Notes: generated by a model from the letters alone, not told the origin. Positions 40,127 through 51,178 are shown, numbered from the stretch's first letter. The stretch is DNA of 64,000 nt from an uncultured Chloroflexia bacterium (GCA_963748235.1 CAVVHT010000009.1:1268606-1332605); one strand, 5' to 3'. Numbers and translations: made by a program.

Positions 40127-41169
40127 GCGGCGTGACTCGCAAAAGATGGGCCGGAGCATTGGTCGCGAGCGCGCTGCTGTCGGTCTCGCTCGCCTCACCA
40201 GCAGGGGCCACCCCGCCCACGCCAGCCAGCGGCGCGGTCTGGGAGACTGGGCAGCTCAAATATCGCTGGCTGTCAGGGAGCGAACCACCGACGTGGATGC
40301 GCAACGCCATCCACGCTGCCGCTCAGGATGCCACCGTCAGCACGATGGCCGGCACCCCGGCCTTCAACTACGACAGTGCGGGCGCTGGTTGGATCGCCTA
40401 CACAGGCGACATTCCGACCGACTATGCGGTCGGATATGCGGTCAGGAACGTGCCCACCTCGTTTGGCATCCGCCTCCGTCCGCAGGGCTATGCCCTCGAC
40501 TGGGGCAGGTTGCGCTGGTGCCAGTTCTATGACAGCCCACCGAGCGGCTGCTACGACGCTGAGCTGATCATGTTGCACGAGATCGGCCACGTGCTGACGC
40601 TTGGCCACATCGACGAATCGACCGTCACCGATTGGACCGACACGATCATGCACGCCGCGCCGAAGACGAAGGCGAAGATCGGCTGGAATGCCCATGAGTT
40701 CGGCCGCTGCGATGCAGCACGGCTGCAGCTTCGATACGGCGCGGAGTCGCCAGGCGAACGCATCAGCAGGTGCCTCGACATCGGAACCGAGCTCGGACTG
40801 TCCGCAAGCCCCGGCACGTTCATCGACTACGGCTCGAACGTGACCCTCTTGGCGAGTCTACGTATCGACCCTTACTCGCCGGCGGAAATTCTTGCCGGTG
40901 ACCCGCTGTCTGGCCGTACCGTCTGGCTGCAACGCCGTCCGGTCGGCGGCTCGGCCTGGGCAGACCTGGTGCAGATGAGCGGCTCGGCGGAGGCTGGCCG
41001 ATACTTCCGGACCCTCAACGTCACCAGCCCGTTCGAGTACCGGGCCCGCTTCGCGGCTTCGTCGAACGAGGGCCTCGGTGACGCAACTTCCGGCGTCGTC
41101 CGAATCTCGGTTGACGACCCATGCGTCTCTTCCGGTGACGGGCACTCGCTCAACAGTCCAACATGCTGA
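40123..41169 (+). CDS. secreted zinc metalloprotease (metzincin-type HExxHxxGxxH)
   Basis: GTG 40123 overlaps the upstream stop (GTGA). Signal WAGALVASALLSVSLASPAGA. Active site LHEIGHVLTLGH. Confidence 0.75.
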   Translation: MSGVTRKRWAGALVASALLSVSLASPAGATPPTPASGAVWETGQLKYRWLSGSEPPTWMRNAIHAAAQDATVSTMAGTPAFNYDSAGAGWIAYTGDIPTDYAVGYAVRNVPTSFGIRLRPQGYALDWGRLRWCQFYDSPPSGCYDAELIMLHEIGHVLTLGHIDESTVTDWTDTIMHAAPKTKAKIGWNAHEFGRCDAARLQLRYGAESPGERISRCLDIGTELGLSASPGTFIDYGSNVTLLASLRIDPYSPAEILAGDPLSGRTVWLQRRPVGGSAWADLVQMSGSAEAGRYFRTLNVTSPFEYRARFAASSNEGLGDATSGVVRISVDDPCVSSGDGHSLNSPTC

Positions 41170-41182
41170 ACGGGAAGGGCAG

Positions 41183-41812
41183 ATGAAGACACTTCTGTGG
41201 ATCGTGGCGATGCTCACGGTCACGGCGGTGGTCGGTGGGTGCCTCTTTGTCGATGAAGGGTCCCGGCCGACTGCCGGGCCGTCGACCGCGCCGCCAACCG
41301 CGCCGCCCAAGCCCAACCCGGCCACTCCCACCGCCTCGCCGGCCGTGGCAAGCCCTACGCTGTCGCCCAGCGCTCAGGCGACCGAGACGCCTTCTGCGCC
41401 GGTGCCGCCGCCAATCGCCGAGATCCAGCCTCCGTCGGGAAATGAGGTGCCGGGACAACAGGGCAGCTGGTGCTACGACGGCGCGTGCGGCGACGTGCCG
41501 GCATTCCCCAAGGAGGACCTGCCCCTTCTCGCGCTGGGCGACGACGAAGAAGGCCTCGCCTTTTTTGTCGCCGACTCGCACCCGTTCAGCTACTGGTCGG
41601 CCAGCTATGCGGCTGATCCGGACGCCGCGTACACCAACCTTGCCTCGGGCGGCGAGTACTTCGACCCTGACCTATCGGCTGCGACACCCGGCCCGATGAT
41701 CTCGACCTTCGAGTTCGAGCAACCGCCTTCCGGCGATTGGCTGCTCAGCGTGAGCCTCCAGTTCGGCGACCGTGGCGACGCGGTCTACAGCTGGCACGCT
41801 CTCGTGCCCTGA
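41183..41812 (+). CDS. lipoprotein with Pro/Thr/Ala-rich linker, hypothetical
   Basis: MKTLLWIVAMLTVTAVVGGC lipobox, then a PTAPPKPNPATPTASP linker. Confidence 0.65.
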   Translation: MKTLLWIVAMLTVTAVVGGCLFVDEGSRPTAGPSTAPPTAPPKPNPATPTASPAVASPTLSPSAQATETPSAPVPPPIAEIQPPSGNEVPGQQGSWCYDGACGDVPAFPKEDLPLLALGDDEEGLAFFVADSHPFSYWSASYAADPDAAYTNLASGGEYFDPDLSAATPGPMISTFEFEQPPSGDWLLSVSLQFGDRGDAVYSWHALVP

Positions 41813-41842
41813 CAGACGAAGCGGTTCGTGCGGGGCAAAAGT

Positions 41843-41870
41843 AGAGGCCGGCCCTTGCGGGCCGGCCTCT
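41843..41870 (-). terminator. intrinsic terminator hairpin between convergent genes
   Basis: agaggccggccc ttgc gggccggcctct: perfect 12-bp stem. On the minus strand it is followed by ACUUUUG (short U-tract). Confidence 0.7.
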
Positions 41871-41893
41871 TCACATCTGGTCTGATCGCTGGC

Positions 41894-42187
41894 TCAGGCC
41901 GGGGCGGCCTCGGCGACCTGCGCCTCCGCGGGCGCGCCAAAGAAGCTCGTTTGGGCCTGCTCCGTCAGCATCTGGCCGAGGATCTTCTGCATCGCCAGGA
42001 CATGAGCACACGTTTTCCAGCTGTCGAAGTAGTGGCAATTGCACTGCCAGCGGTCGGCGTCGAGGGTCACGCGGTGCGTGTCGTTATCGCCGCGAAACGT
42101 GACCGACAGCCCTTCGATGGTTATCCGGTCGAGTTCGCGCGCGTAGCGATTGGCCTTCTCGATCTTGCCGATCACGCTCGAGTGCAT
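41894..42187 (-). CDS. SWIM zinc-finger domain protein
   Basis: CxCx(n)CxH: WQCNCHYFDSWKTCAHVLA. Confidence 0.7.
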   Translation of the reverse strand: MHSSVIGKIEKANRYARELDRITIEGLSVTFRGDNDTHRVTLDADRWQCNCHYFDSWKTCAHVLAMQKILGQMLTEQAQTSFFGAPAEAQVAEAAPA

Positions 42188-42330
42188 TGGGCAAACCTCC
42201 CGCCGGGGCGCGTTCTACAGCGTCCCGCTGAAACGCTCGAGTCCGCTGACCCTTCATGCCGGCGGCGCCGAGCGATGATGGACCTAGGCTACATCAGCAG
42301 TCCGTCTGCGTCAGTAGCCTTGCCGACGAT

Positions 42331-43477
42331 TCAGTCCCGAATTTCGTAAGTAGGGTCGGTGGCGTCGTCGTCGGAGCCGTCGTCGTTCGGATCAAACCTG
42401 GCCATGCTCTCCTTCATCTGCGTCAGCGACGGCGTGGCGCTTGGATCGACGCCGTAGAGCATCGCCAGGTAGAACGAGACGTAGTCGCCGAGGCCGATCG
42501 CGGCGCACGCCTCCGCGAGTCGCGTCGATCCTTCGAACCTGACCGTCTGATGGGAGATGGCGACTTCGTCGAGCAGTCCGGTTGCGATGTCCGCACGCCG
42601 GGCATTGCGCGGGTTGTCTCCTGAGCCGGCGAGGAAAACCTGGAACTGGTGGTCGCGCAACGTGTCGGGCTGGTCGTATCCCACGACCGTGTTGTGGGTC
42701 GCCTCGGGCAGCTCCTCGGCCACGGCCGCCGAGTTGGCGTTCTCGTTGAGCTGCGTCTTCCACCGCCGCGCCACGGCGGCCATCTGGCCACTGCCCGCTA
42801 TCACCGGCAGTCGGTCGAGCATCGACCAGGCGAGCTGCTTGGCCATGTTCTCCTCGGTCGGCAGGTCCGATGCGGAGCTCGAGCTTACCGAGCGGGCCGC
42901 CTCGATCGCACTTTCAACTTCGGCCCCCGTAAGGTCGAGCATCCCCGCTCGTTCAAGCAGCCCGCTGAGGAGGATCAACCCGTAGCCGAGCGACGCGCGC
43001 GGCGGGGTCTCGCTGGGAAATAACAGCCGCGGCAGCCCGGCGCGCGCGGCCACGTCGCCGATGGGTCCGCCCGTGCTGATCACGGCCACCGGGAAGCGGC
43101 GCTCAAGAGCAGTGCCGAGCGCACTGATCGTTTCCTCGGTGGCGCCGCTGTGCGATGAGGCGACGACCAACGTCGTCGGCCCGACCCACGCCGGCAGGTC
43201 GTAGTCGCGCACGGAGATCAGCGGCACCGTCAGGCGGTCGCTGAAGATCGCGCGCACGAGATCACCGGCGACGGCGGAGCCGCCCATGCCCAGCACCGCA
43301 ACGGCCGTCGCCCCTCGATGGCGGTCGCCCACCTCGAGCGAGCGGCTGATCTCCCAGCGCGGTACGCATCTGGTCCGGGAAATGCCCGATATGGCCGAGC
43401 ATGCCGCCCGGATCGCGGCGCCTCAGCGCATCGGCATCCTCGAGGACGTTGCCCGCTGCGGAGTCGACCGAGCTCAA
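42331..43477 (-). pseudogene. bifunctional phosphoglucose/phosphomannose isomerase (SIS domain); one frame break near 43357
   Basis: TTG 43477 overlaps the manB stop (TTGA). The N-terminus ..MLGHIGHFPDQMRTA is in the frame of ORF 43262..44119. The rest, WEISRSLEVGDRHRGATAVAVLGMGGSAVAGD..SSHSGATEET.., is ORF 42331..43332. Length is 1 mod 3. Confidence 0.8.
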
Positions 43478-44962
43478 GCCTCGCCCCGCACAAGCGTGGA
43501 GCCCTGGCGGAGGATCTCGTCGCGCAGCTCGGCACTGGTCGCCTCGGCGTACACGCGCACTAGCGGCTCCGTGCCGCTGAAGCGGACGAGCAGCCAGGAG
43601 CCGTCTTCGAGCCAGAACTTGAAGCCATCGTTGGTGCTCAGCGTGTCCGTGCGAACCACGTTCTGGCCACCGATCGAAGACGGGCGCCTGCTCGCGCAGC
43701 TCGACCAGCAGGCGGTCCTTCAGCGCCGGATAGGCCGCCTTGTCGACATGAACGTCGGTGCGCAGGTAGAACGACTGGCCGGCGATCTCGTGCAGATGCT
43801 GAACGGCCTTCGAGACGGGCCAGTTGCCGCGCTCGCGCTCGCGAATGAAGAGGTCGAGCAGCAGCAGGTCGGCGTAGATGCCGTCGCGCTCGGGCAGGTG
43901 CATGCCGAAGCCGTAGCCGCCCGACTCCTCGCCGCCCATCATCGCGCCGGTCTCGATCATCTTCGGTCCGACGTACTTGAAGCCGACCGGCGTCTCGTGC
44001 ACCTCGACGCCGTAGCGCTCGCCGAGGCGGCCGACCATCGAGGTCTCGTTGACCGTCGATACGACCGGCTGGCGCAGGCCGTGGTGCTCGAGCAGGTAGT
44101 ACATGAGCAGGCCCATCACCTGCAGCTGATGGATGAACGTGCCCTTCTCGTCGGCCGCGCCCGCGCGGTCCGCGTCGCCGTCGAGAAGCAGGCCCAGGTC
44201 GTAGCCGCCGCCGGCGAGGATGCCCAGCGCCTCGTCGATGTTCGGCGCGAATGGGCTCCGGGTTGACGCCGCCGAAGAACGGGTTGCGCTCGGTGTGGAT
44301 CTCGTGTGACCTGGATCTTACCGCCGGCCAGCAGGCGCGGTGATCCAGCCCGCGCCGGCGCCCCACATCGGCTCGACCAGCACGCGCATGTCGGCTGCCT
44401 TCAGCCGATCGATGTCGAGCGATCGCTTGGTGTACTCCACGTAGCCGGGATACGGGTCGTACAGCTCGATCTTGCCGGCTGCCAGAGCGTCCGCATATGA
44501 GCTTCGCGGCGGAAGCGAGCCGGCGTTGTCGCGGATCGTCTTCTCGAACGCGGCGAGCATGTCCGGACTGGCAGCAGCTCCGCTCGGCGACTTGACCTTG
44601 AAGCCGTTGTCGGGGTACGGATTGTGCGAGGCCGTGATCATGATTCCGCAAGCCGCTCCGCGCTCGACCACCTCGTACGAGGTCATCTGCGTCGGTACCG
44701 CTTCCTGCGCCATCGCCACCGGAATGTCGTAGGCGAGCAGAACCTCAGCGGCGGCCTGCGCGAAGAACTCGGACGCGAAGCGCCGGTCGTAGGCGATGAC
44801 CACGCCCTTCTGGCTCGTCCCAGCCGATCTGGCCCACTCGGCAACCCCCTGGGCACATCGGCGGACGTTCTCGTACGTGTAGTCCTCGCCGATACGCGCG
44901 CGCCATCCGTCGGTGCCGAAGACGATCGGCGGCATCTGTATCAGTGCTGGGGGCGTACTCAC
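43474..44962 (-). pseudogene. manB: phosphomannomutase/phosphoglucomutase; four frame breaks (~44335, 44304, 44246, 43675)
   Basis: FGTDGWRA, active-site ITASHNPYPDNGFK (ORF 44318..44962); LLAGGKIQVT / EIHTERNPFFGGVNPEPIR / PNIDEALG..DGDADR..GGEESGGYGF in shifted frames; C-terminus RFSGTEPLVRVYAEA (ORF 43474..43659). Confidence 0.85.
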
Positions 44963-46023
44963 AGGTAGTCGTTCTCCTTGGCCTGGGTCAAGCGGTCAAC
45001 GATCGCCCGGACCTCCTGCGCCCGGTCGGCCGCACAGACCAACACAACGTCGGGCGTGTCGACCACGATCGTATCGGCCAGACCGACCGTCACGACCAGC
45101 CGGCCGCCCGACGAATGGACCAGCACGTCGCGCGAATCGAGGTCCTCGGCACGGCCGACATGGACCACGCCGACCGGCGACGCGCTGCGCCGCGCGAGCT
45201 CGCCGTGGAGCGCGTTCCAGCTGCCAACATCGCTCCAACCGGCGTCGGCCGGAACGGTGCGCACGCGGCCGTCGAGCGACGCCGGCTCGAGCAGCGCGCG
45301 ATCGATCGACACGTCGGGCAGCGACTCGTAGATGGATTTGAGTGAGGCGCCGGCGTCGAGGCCGCGACGGATCGCACCGATGATCGCCGGCGCGTAGCGA
45401 TCGAGCCCGGCGATCAGCGCTTCGCGTCGCCAGAGGAAGATGCCCGCGTTCCACCACGCTCCGTTGGGTTCGCCGAGCAGCTCTTGCGCGCGCTCGCGTG
45501 AGGGCTTCTCTACAAAACGCTCGACGGCGCGTGCCGAGCCGTGCGCGTCGTCCGCGGAGCCGCCGACGATGTAGCCATAGCCCGTCTCGGGACCCAGCGG
45601 TGTGATGCCGAGCGTGACCAGCGCGCCGTCGTCGGCCGCATTCGCCGCTTCGGTCAGGCACTCGCGGAAACGCTCCTCGTCGGTGATGTAGTGGTCGGCT
45701 GGCAGGACGACCATCACGTCGTCGTCGGAGCGGCTGATGACCAGCGCGGCGAGCGCCACCGCGGCTGCCGTGTTGCGTCCGAACGGCTCGCCGAGCAGGT
45801 GCGACGGCACGAGCTGCGGCGCCTGTTGGGCTACTACCGGCAGGTGACCCTGTTCGGCGACGACGTACGCATCTTCGGCGCCAATAAGCGGCTCGATGCG
45901 CCGCAGCGTCAGCTGGAAGAGGCTCTCGTTACCGAGCAGCGGCAGGAACGGCTTCGGCCGGGCGCGCCGGCTGAGCGGCCAGAGGCGCGTACCGCCGCCG
46001 CCGGCGAGAATCACGGCATACAT
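44959..46023 (-). CDS. manC: mannose-1-phosphate guanylyltransferase (NTP-transferase)
   Basis: MYAVILAGGGGTRLWPLSR..KPF. Confidence 0.9.
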   Translation of the reverse strand: MYAVILAGGGGTRLWPLSRRARPKPFLPLLGNESLFQLTLRRIEPLIGAEDAYVVAEQGHLPVVAQQAPQLVPSHLLGEPFGRNTAAAVALAALVISRSDDDVMVVLPADHYITDEERFRECLTEAANAADDGALVTLGITPLGPETGYGYIVGGSADDAHGSARAVERFVEKPSRERAQELLGEPNGAWWNAGIFLWRREALIAGLDRYAPAIIGAIRRGLDAGASLKSIYESLPDVSIDRALLEPASLDGRVRTVPADAGWSDVGSWNALHGELARRSASPVGVVHVGRAEDLDSRDVLVHSSGGRLVVTVGLADTIVVDTPDVVLVCAADRAQEVRAIVDRLTQAKENDYL

Positions 46024-46074
46024 CTAGACCCGCATTCTAGGGGTCGCGGCCGGCGCCCAACCCCAGCGAGCCGG

Positions 46075-46782
46075 CTACTCGACGAGCTCGAGCGATTCGA
46101 CGATCGCTGCCGTGGCCTCGATGGCCTGCTCGGTCGACCCGTCGGCCGGAGGCATCACGACCAGAGATAGGTCCTGTCCGTCCAGCGGCACGACATAGAT
46201 GCGCGTCGCAATGCCGGGAGGGATGTGGAAGTCGCCCCCTGGAAAGCGAAATAGATTGGCGTTACCGGTCGGACCGGGCATGTCGACGTAGTGGCTGTCG
46301 ACGCCGCCTATCTGGATCGCGACCGGCTCGGGGGCGTCAAACGATGGATGCTGAGTGAGCCAGGCCAGGAGGTCTTCCGGAGCGTCCACTGCCAAACGGC
46401 TCTCAGGATCAACGACTTCAGCGGCCCGGCTTATTGCGAGCTCAGCGGCCGGGCTGCCCAGGTAGATCTCGTCGTCTTCGTCGGCAAAGAACTCGTGCCA
46501 GCCTTCAGGCAGTGTCAGAACGAGGGTGGGCTCGAAGAAGTTCGTCTGGTACTTGCCGGCGGCGAGATCGCCCATCCTGAGCCCGCGTGGTGTCGGACTC
46601 GGCGTGGCGCCGGGGGTTGCGGACGGGCTGGCCGAAGGTGAGGTCGTCGGCGAAATCGTCGTGACGGCCGTCGGGCGGGTCGTAGCGGTAGGAGTCGGGC
46701 CAGGCGCCCCGCCGCCGCAGGCCGCGGCGAAGAGGCCAACGACCAATGTCATGCCGACTGGCGATACATGGTGCCTTGTCAT
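46075..46782 (-). CDS. lipoprotein, hypothetical
   Basis: MTRHHVSPVGMTLVVGLFAAAC lipobox plus a Thr/Pro/Ser linker. The longer track ORF (to 46917) would overlap metK. Confidence 0.6.
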   Translation of the reverse strand: MTRHHVSPVGMTLVVGLFAAACGGGAPGPTPTATTRPTAVTTISPTTSPSASPSATPGATPSPTPRGLRMGDLAAGKYQTNFFEPTLVLTLPEGWHEFFADEDDEIYLGSPAAELAISRAAEVVDPESRLAVDAPEDLLAWLTQHPSFDAPEPVAIQIGGVDSHYVDMPGPTGNANLFRFPGGDFHIPPGIATRIYVVPLDGQDLSLVVMPPADGSTEQAIEATAAIVESLELVE

Positions 46783-46835
46783 CGCGCGCTCGTTCGGTTT
46801 TCGGAACGACCTCTGGACGGCGCCTTTGACGCGAA

Positions 46836-48063
46836 TCATCCTGCGACTGCGGCAGGCTCGGGCATGGACAACCCTGCGTCGGCGGCAAGTGCCTCCGCTC
46901 GGTCGGTTCGCTCCCACGGCAAATCGAGGTCGGGCCGCCCGAAGTGGCCGTACGAGGCGGTCTGCTGGTAGATCGGCGCGCGCAGTCCGAGCGCATCGAT
47001 GATCGCCGCCGGCCGCAGATCGAAATGCTTGTCGATCAGACCCAGGATGCGCTCATCGGCGATGCGACCCGTGCCATAAGTCTCGATCGACACGCTGATC
47101 GGGCGGGCGACGCCGATCGCGTAGCTGAGCTCGATCTCGAAGCGGTCGGCGAGGCCGGCAGCGACCACGTTCTTGGCCACCCAACGCGCGGCGTACGCGC
47201 CGGACCGATCGACCTTCGACGGGTCTTTGCCGGAGAACGCGCCGCCACCGTGGCGGGCCATGCCGCCGTACGAGTCGACGATGATCTTGCGCCCGGTGAG
47301 GCCGGCGTCGCCCATCGGGCCGCCGATGACGAAGCGCCCGGTCGGATTGACGTGGATCTTGGGCTCGACCGTCGCGCAGCTCGGCCGGGATCACTGGCTT
47401 GATGACCATCTCGATGATGTCGTCGCGCAGCCGGTCGTTGGAGACGTCGTCGTCGTGCTGAGCGGCGATTACCACCGTTCGCACCGCGACGGGCTTGCCG
47501 CGGCTGTATTCGACCGTCACCTGCGACTTGCCGTCCGGCCGGAGGTAGTCGACCAGCTCCTGGTTGCGCACCTCGGCGAGACGTCGCGTGAGGCGATGCG
47601 CGAGGGTGATCGGCAGTGGCATCAGCTCGGGCGTCTCGCGGCAGGCGAAGCCGAACATCATGCCCTGGTCGCCGGCGCCCTGATCGTGGACGTCCGCCCG
47701 GCCGCGTGTCTCGAGCGCCTCGTCGACGCCGCGCTGGATGTCGGGCGACTGCTCGTGGACCGAGACCAGCGTCCCGCAGGTTCGGTAGTCGAAGCCGAAG
47801 CGAGCGTCGGTGTAGCCGATCCTGCGCACGGTGTCGCGAATGATGGCCTGGAAGTCGACGTAGGTGTCGGTCGTGATCTCGCCGATGACCATCACCGTGC
47901 CGGTCGTGGTGGCCGTCTCACAGGCGACTCGGGCGCTCGGGTCGTCGCGGATGATCGCGTCGAGGATTGCGTCCGAGATCTGGTCGCACATCTTGTCCGG
48001 GTGACCCTCGGTCACCGATTCGGAGGTGAACAGGTACTGCTCGTCGTCGACGATGCTGGTCAT
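46836..48063 (-). pseudogene. metK: S-adenosylmethionine synthetase; single frame break near 47373 (probably an assembly indel)
   Basis: [33 protein letters not shown] (ORF 47053..48063). [53 protein letters not shown] (ORF 46836..47315 and its upstream extension). Length is 1 mod 3. Confidence 0.9.
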
Positions 48064-48161
48064 TTGGCTCCCCGTGTTTCGCGCGAGCGCGGATTCCGGC
48101 GAAGGTTAGCAGGAGGGTCCGACCGAGCACCCGAAAAAGCCATTGGCCTACCCTTGGCGGG

Positions 48162-48872
48162 ATGCCCGAAGAACGGATGTACCCGATCCTGCCCTATCCC
48201 GACATCGACGTGGCGGTCGAGTTCTACGAGGCGCTCGGCTTCACGCGCACCTATCGCCAAGCTGCGGCCGAACCCGCACGCGGTCGTCGTCGCGCGGCGA
48301 GCTGGCCATCCACCTGGCGGGTATTGACGGGTTCGACCCGGAGCAGTCGTACGCCAGCGTGATCGTGGTCGTGCCGGATCCCGGACGCGCTCTATCAGGC
48401 GTTCGCTGCTGGTCTGCGCCAGCTCTACGGTCGGCTGCCGGTGTCGGGCATCCCGCGCGTCACGCGGCCGAGAAAGCGCTACGGAACGGTGGCCGGCTTC
48501 AGCCTCATCGACGTGGGCGGCAATTGGCTGCGCGTGTCAAAGGCGGGCGACACGGAGGAGAGTGCGGAGCACGCCGACTCGGGATTGGCCAGGATCATCG
48601 AGGTCGCGGCGCGCCTGGCCGACGCCAAAGGTGACGACGCGGGCGCGCTCAAGACGCTCGAGAGCGGTCTGCGACGCTTTCCCCGATGCTCTGCCTATCG
48701 ATCGCGCCCGAGGCGTTGCTCTACCGGGCAGAGCTCGCCGTTCCGCCTCGGCGACGAGGCGCTCGCACGGTCATCGCTCGATGAGGTGGCCCAGGTCGAG
48801 CTGGACATGGACGAACGGGCATTCATCGCCGCGGAGCTCGATCACGTCTCAGGTCTGGTCGACGGCGGCTGA
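48162..48872 (+). pseudogene. glyoxalase/bleomycin-resistance (VOC) family protein; six frame breaks in two compensating triplets
   Basis: The protein can be read continuously only by switching frame 0->1->2->0 at ~48261/48295/48383 and again at ~48684/48709/48743: MYPILPYPDIDVAVEFYEALGFTRTYRQ|LRPNPHAVVVAR|GELAIHLAGIDGFDPEQSYASVIVVVPDP|DALYQAF... Confidence 0.65.
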
Positions 48873-48895
48873 CCCGCCCGCTAAGCGACGCCCGC

Positions 48896-49786
48896 TCAGG
48901 AACCCGAAGCCAGGACCTCGCGCAGCTTGGCCGCGAACTCGTCCGGCTTGCCCGTCTGTCCGTACTCGCCGCCCAGAAAGCCGCCGTGATCGCTCGGAAA
49001 GGTGACCACCGTGCTGCCCAGTCGCTGGGCCACGCCGTATGCGCCGCGCTGGGCCATCTCACCGTCCGACTCGGCACCGGCAGCGAGCACGATCCGAGTC
49101 GAAGCCGCGCGCAGCGCGTCGAAGTCGAACTCGTAGTGGGTGCAGGTGACGATGCCCTGGCCGAGCATCACGTCGGTCCGAGTGCCATCGTCTTCGGCCG
49201 GCATGCCGAACATCTCGGGATCGGGACCGGGCTGCTGCGCATAGGCGTCGGGAAACTCGCCCTTGTGGCCGACGACACTGATGAAGTGGGCCATCCCCGC
49301 GCCCCAACCGCGCGTCATGTAGGTCTCGTGAATCGCCACGGTCGTCGCCATTGCGTTGTCGCGATCGGGCAGCACTCTGGCCGCCGGCGGCTCGTGCGCG
49401 ATGAGCGTTCGGACATCCTCGGGATGCCTGGCAACGAGCGCAAGCGCGTTGATTGCGCCGCCGCTGCTCGCGAACAGGTCGACCGGGCCGCCGACCTCGG
49501 TGATGATCCGGTGCAGGTCGTCGGCGTGCAGGTCGGGCGTCGACTGCGCCGTCGGGTCCGCTTTCACGCTGCGCTCGGATCCACGAGGGTCGTAGGTGAT
49601 GATCGTCCGATCGGGAAAGTGTCCGGCCAGCGAACCGAACCCGGCGGCGCCCATCGGCCAGCCGATCAGGAACAGCGGTGGCTCGGTGGTCGAGTCACTG
49701 CGCCTGACGTCGTAGGTCAGTACGGCGCCGGGCACCTCGAGCGTCTGGGTTTGCGGCTCGGCAGTCAGGGTCTGTGGCTGGGTCAT
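48896..49786 (-). CDS. alpha/beta-fold hydrolase
   Basis: PLFLIGWPMG.., nucleophile elbow-like FASSGG, ..LIAHEPP, C-terminal HGGF. Confidence 0.8.
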   Translation of the reverse strand: MTQPQTLTAEPQTQTLEVPGAVLTYDVRRSDSTTEPPLFLIGWPMGAAGFGSLAGHFPDRTIITYDPRGSERSVKADPTAQSTPDLHADDLHRIITEVGGPVDLFASSGGAINALALVARHPEDVRTLIAHEPPAARVLPDRDNAMATTVAIHETYMTRGWGAGMAHFISVVGHKGEFPDAYAQQPGPDPEMFGMPAEDDGTRTDVMLGQGIVTCTHYEFDFDALRAASTRIVLAAGAESDGEMAQRGAYGVAQRLGSTVVTFPSDHGGFLGGEYGQTGKPDEFAAKLREVLASGS

Positions 49787-49876
49787 TTCGCACTCCTTCG
49801 GGTTGCTCTGTGCACCTAACCAATCAGACCGATCCCGGCGACGAAACTAATCGTCGTCCGCAGGCTGAATTTCGGA

Positions 49877-51178
49877 CTAGGTGCCCGCGTCCCAGGAGTT
49901 GGTGTACTTGACCTGCTCGGGGGTCATCTCGTCGATCTCCACGCCGAGCGCCTCGAGCTTGAGTCGGGCAACTTCGCGGTCGATCTCCGCCGGCATGATG
50001 TGAACCTGTGGCCCGAGGCTGGCGTGGTTCTTGGCCCCGTACTCGGCGGCGAGCGCCTGGTTGGCGAAGCTCATGTCCATCACCGCCGCCGGATGCCCTT
50101 CGGCCGCGGCCAGGTTGACCAGCCGGCCGTCGGCAATGACGTACAGCTTGCGGTCCCCCAGGTCGTACTCCTTCACGTCGCGGCGCAGCTGGCGGACACG
50201 GCCACCGCTCATCTCGCCCAGCGCGACGAGATCGATCTCGGCGTCGAAGTGGCCGCTGTTGGCGAGCATTGCGCCGTTGCGCATGAGTTCGAAGTGCTCA
50301 CGCCGGAACACGTGCAGGTTGCCGGTTGCGGTGATGAAGATCTCGCCCCAGGCGGCAGCGTCGATGCCGGCCATGACCTGGTAGCCCTCCATGAAGGCTT
50401 CGATCGCCACGATGGGATCGACCTCCACGATGGCGACCTGGGCGCCCATCCCGCGCATCCGCGAGGCGATCCCCTTGCCGACCCAGCCGTAGCCGGCGAC
50501 GACCACGTGGCGGCCGGCGAGCAGGACGTTCGTGGCCCGCAGAATGCCGTCCACCGTTGACTGGCCGGTGCCGAACCGGTTGTCGAACATGTGCTTGGTC
50601 TTCGCCTCATTGACGCCCACGACCGGGTACTTGAGGGCACCGTCGGCAGCCATCGCGCGCAGGCGGATGATGCCGGTCGTGGTCTCCTCGGTCCCGGCGA
50701 GCACGCCGTCGAGCGCGTCGGTGCGCTCACGGTGAAGGAGCGACACGAGGTCGCAGCCGTCGTCCTGGGTCAGGTGCGGATGCGTGTCGGCGACCGCGTT
50801 GAGATGGCTGTAGAAGCCGTCGCGATCGACGCCGCGACGGGCGAACACGCTTATCCCGTACTCCGCCACGAGTGCGGCCGCGACATCGTCCTGGGTGGAC
50901 AGCAGATTGGACGCGCACAACGCGATCTCGGCGCCGCCGGCCTTGAGTGTCCGCATCAGGTTCGCGGTCTCTGTCGTGACGTGGAGGCACGCCCCGACGC
51001 GAAGTCCGGCCAGCGGCCGTTCCCGCTCGAAGCGCTCGCGGATAAGCCGTAGAACCGGCATCTCACGCTCCGCCCATTCGATGCGGGTGACGCCCGCAGC
51101 GGACAGGGTCAGATCGGCAACATCGTGCGCCGGCAGGTCGCGCGCGGTGTCGGACGGGGAAAGCTGGGTGGTGGTCAC
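49877..51178 (-). CDS. ahcY: adenosylhomocysteinase
   Basis: NAD-binding [23 protein letters not shown], ..TTTGIIRL.., ..GHFDAEID.. Confidence 0.95.
   Translation of the reverse strand: MTTTQLSPSDTARDLPAHDVADLTLSAAGVTRIEWAEREMPVLRLIRERFERERPLAGLRVGACLHVTTETANLMRTLKAGGAEIALCASNLLSTQDDVAAALVAEYGISVFARRGVDRDGFYSHLNAVADTHPHLTQDDGCDLVSLLHRERTDALDGVLAGTEETTTGIIRLRAMAADGALKYPVVGVNEAKTKHMFDNRFGTGQSTVDGILRATNVLLAGRHVVVAGYGWVGKGIASRMRGMGAQVAIVEVDPIVAIEAFMEGYQVMAGIDAAAWGEIFITATGNLHVFRREHFELMRNGAMLANSGHFDAEIDLVALGEMSGGRVRQLRRDVKEYDLGDRKLYVIADGRLVNLAAAEGHPAAVMDMSFANQALAAEYGAKNHASLGPQVHIMPAEIDREVARLKLEALGVEIDEMTPEQVKYTNSWDAGT

Noticed and set aside
48064-48161. Expected SAM riboswitch in the metK leader
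   Set aside because: I read the minus-strand leader (CCGCCAAGGGUAGGCCAAUGGCUUUUUCGGGUGCUCGG..GGGGAGCCAAAUG) and could not match SAM-I, SAM-II or SAM-IV core motifs by eye. A covariance-model scan would be needed before claiming anything.
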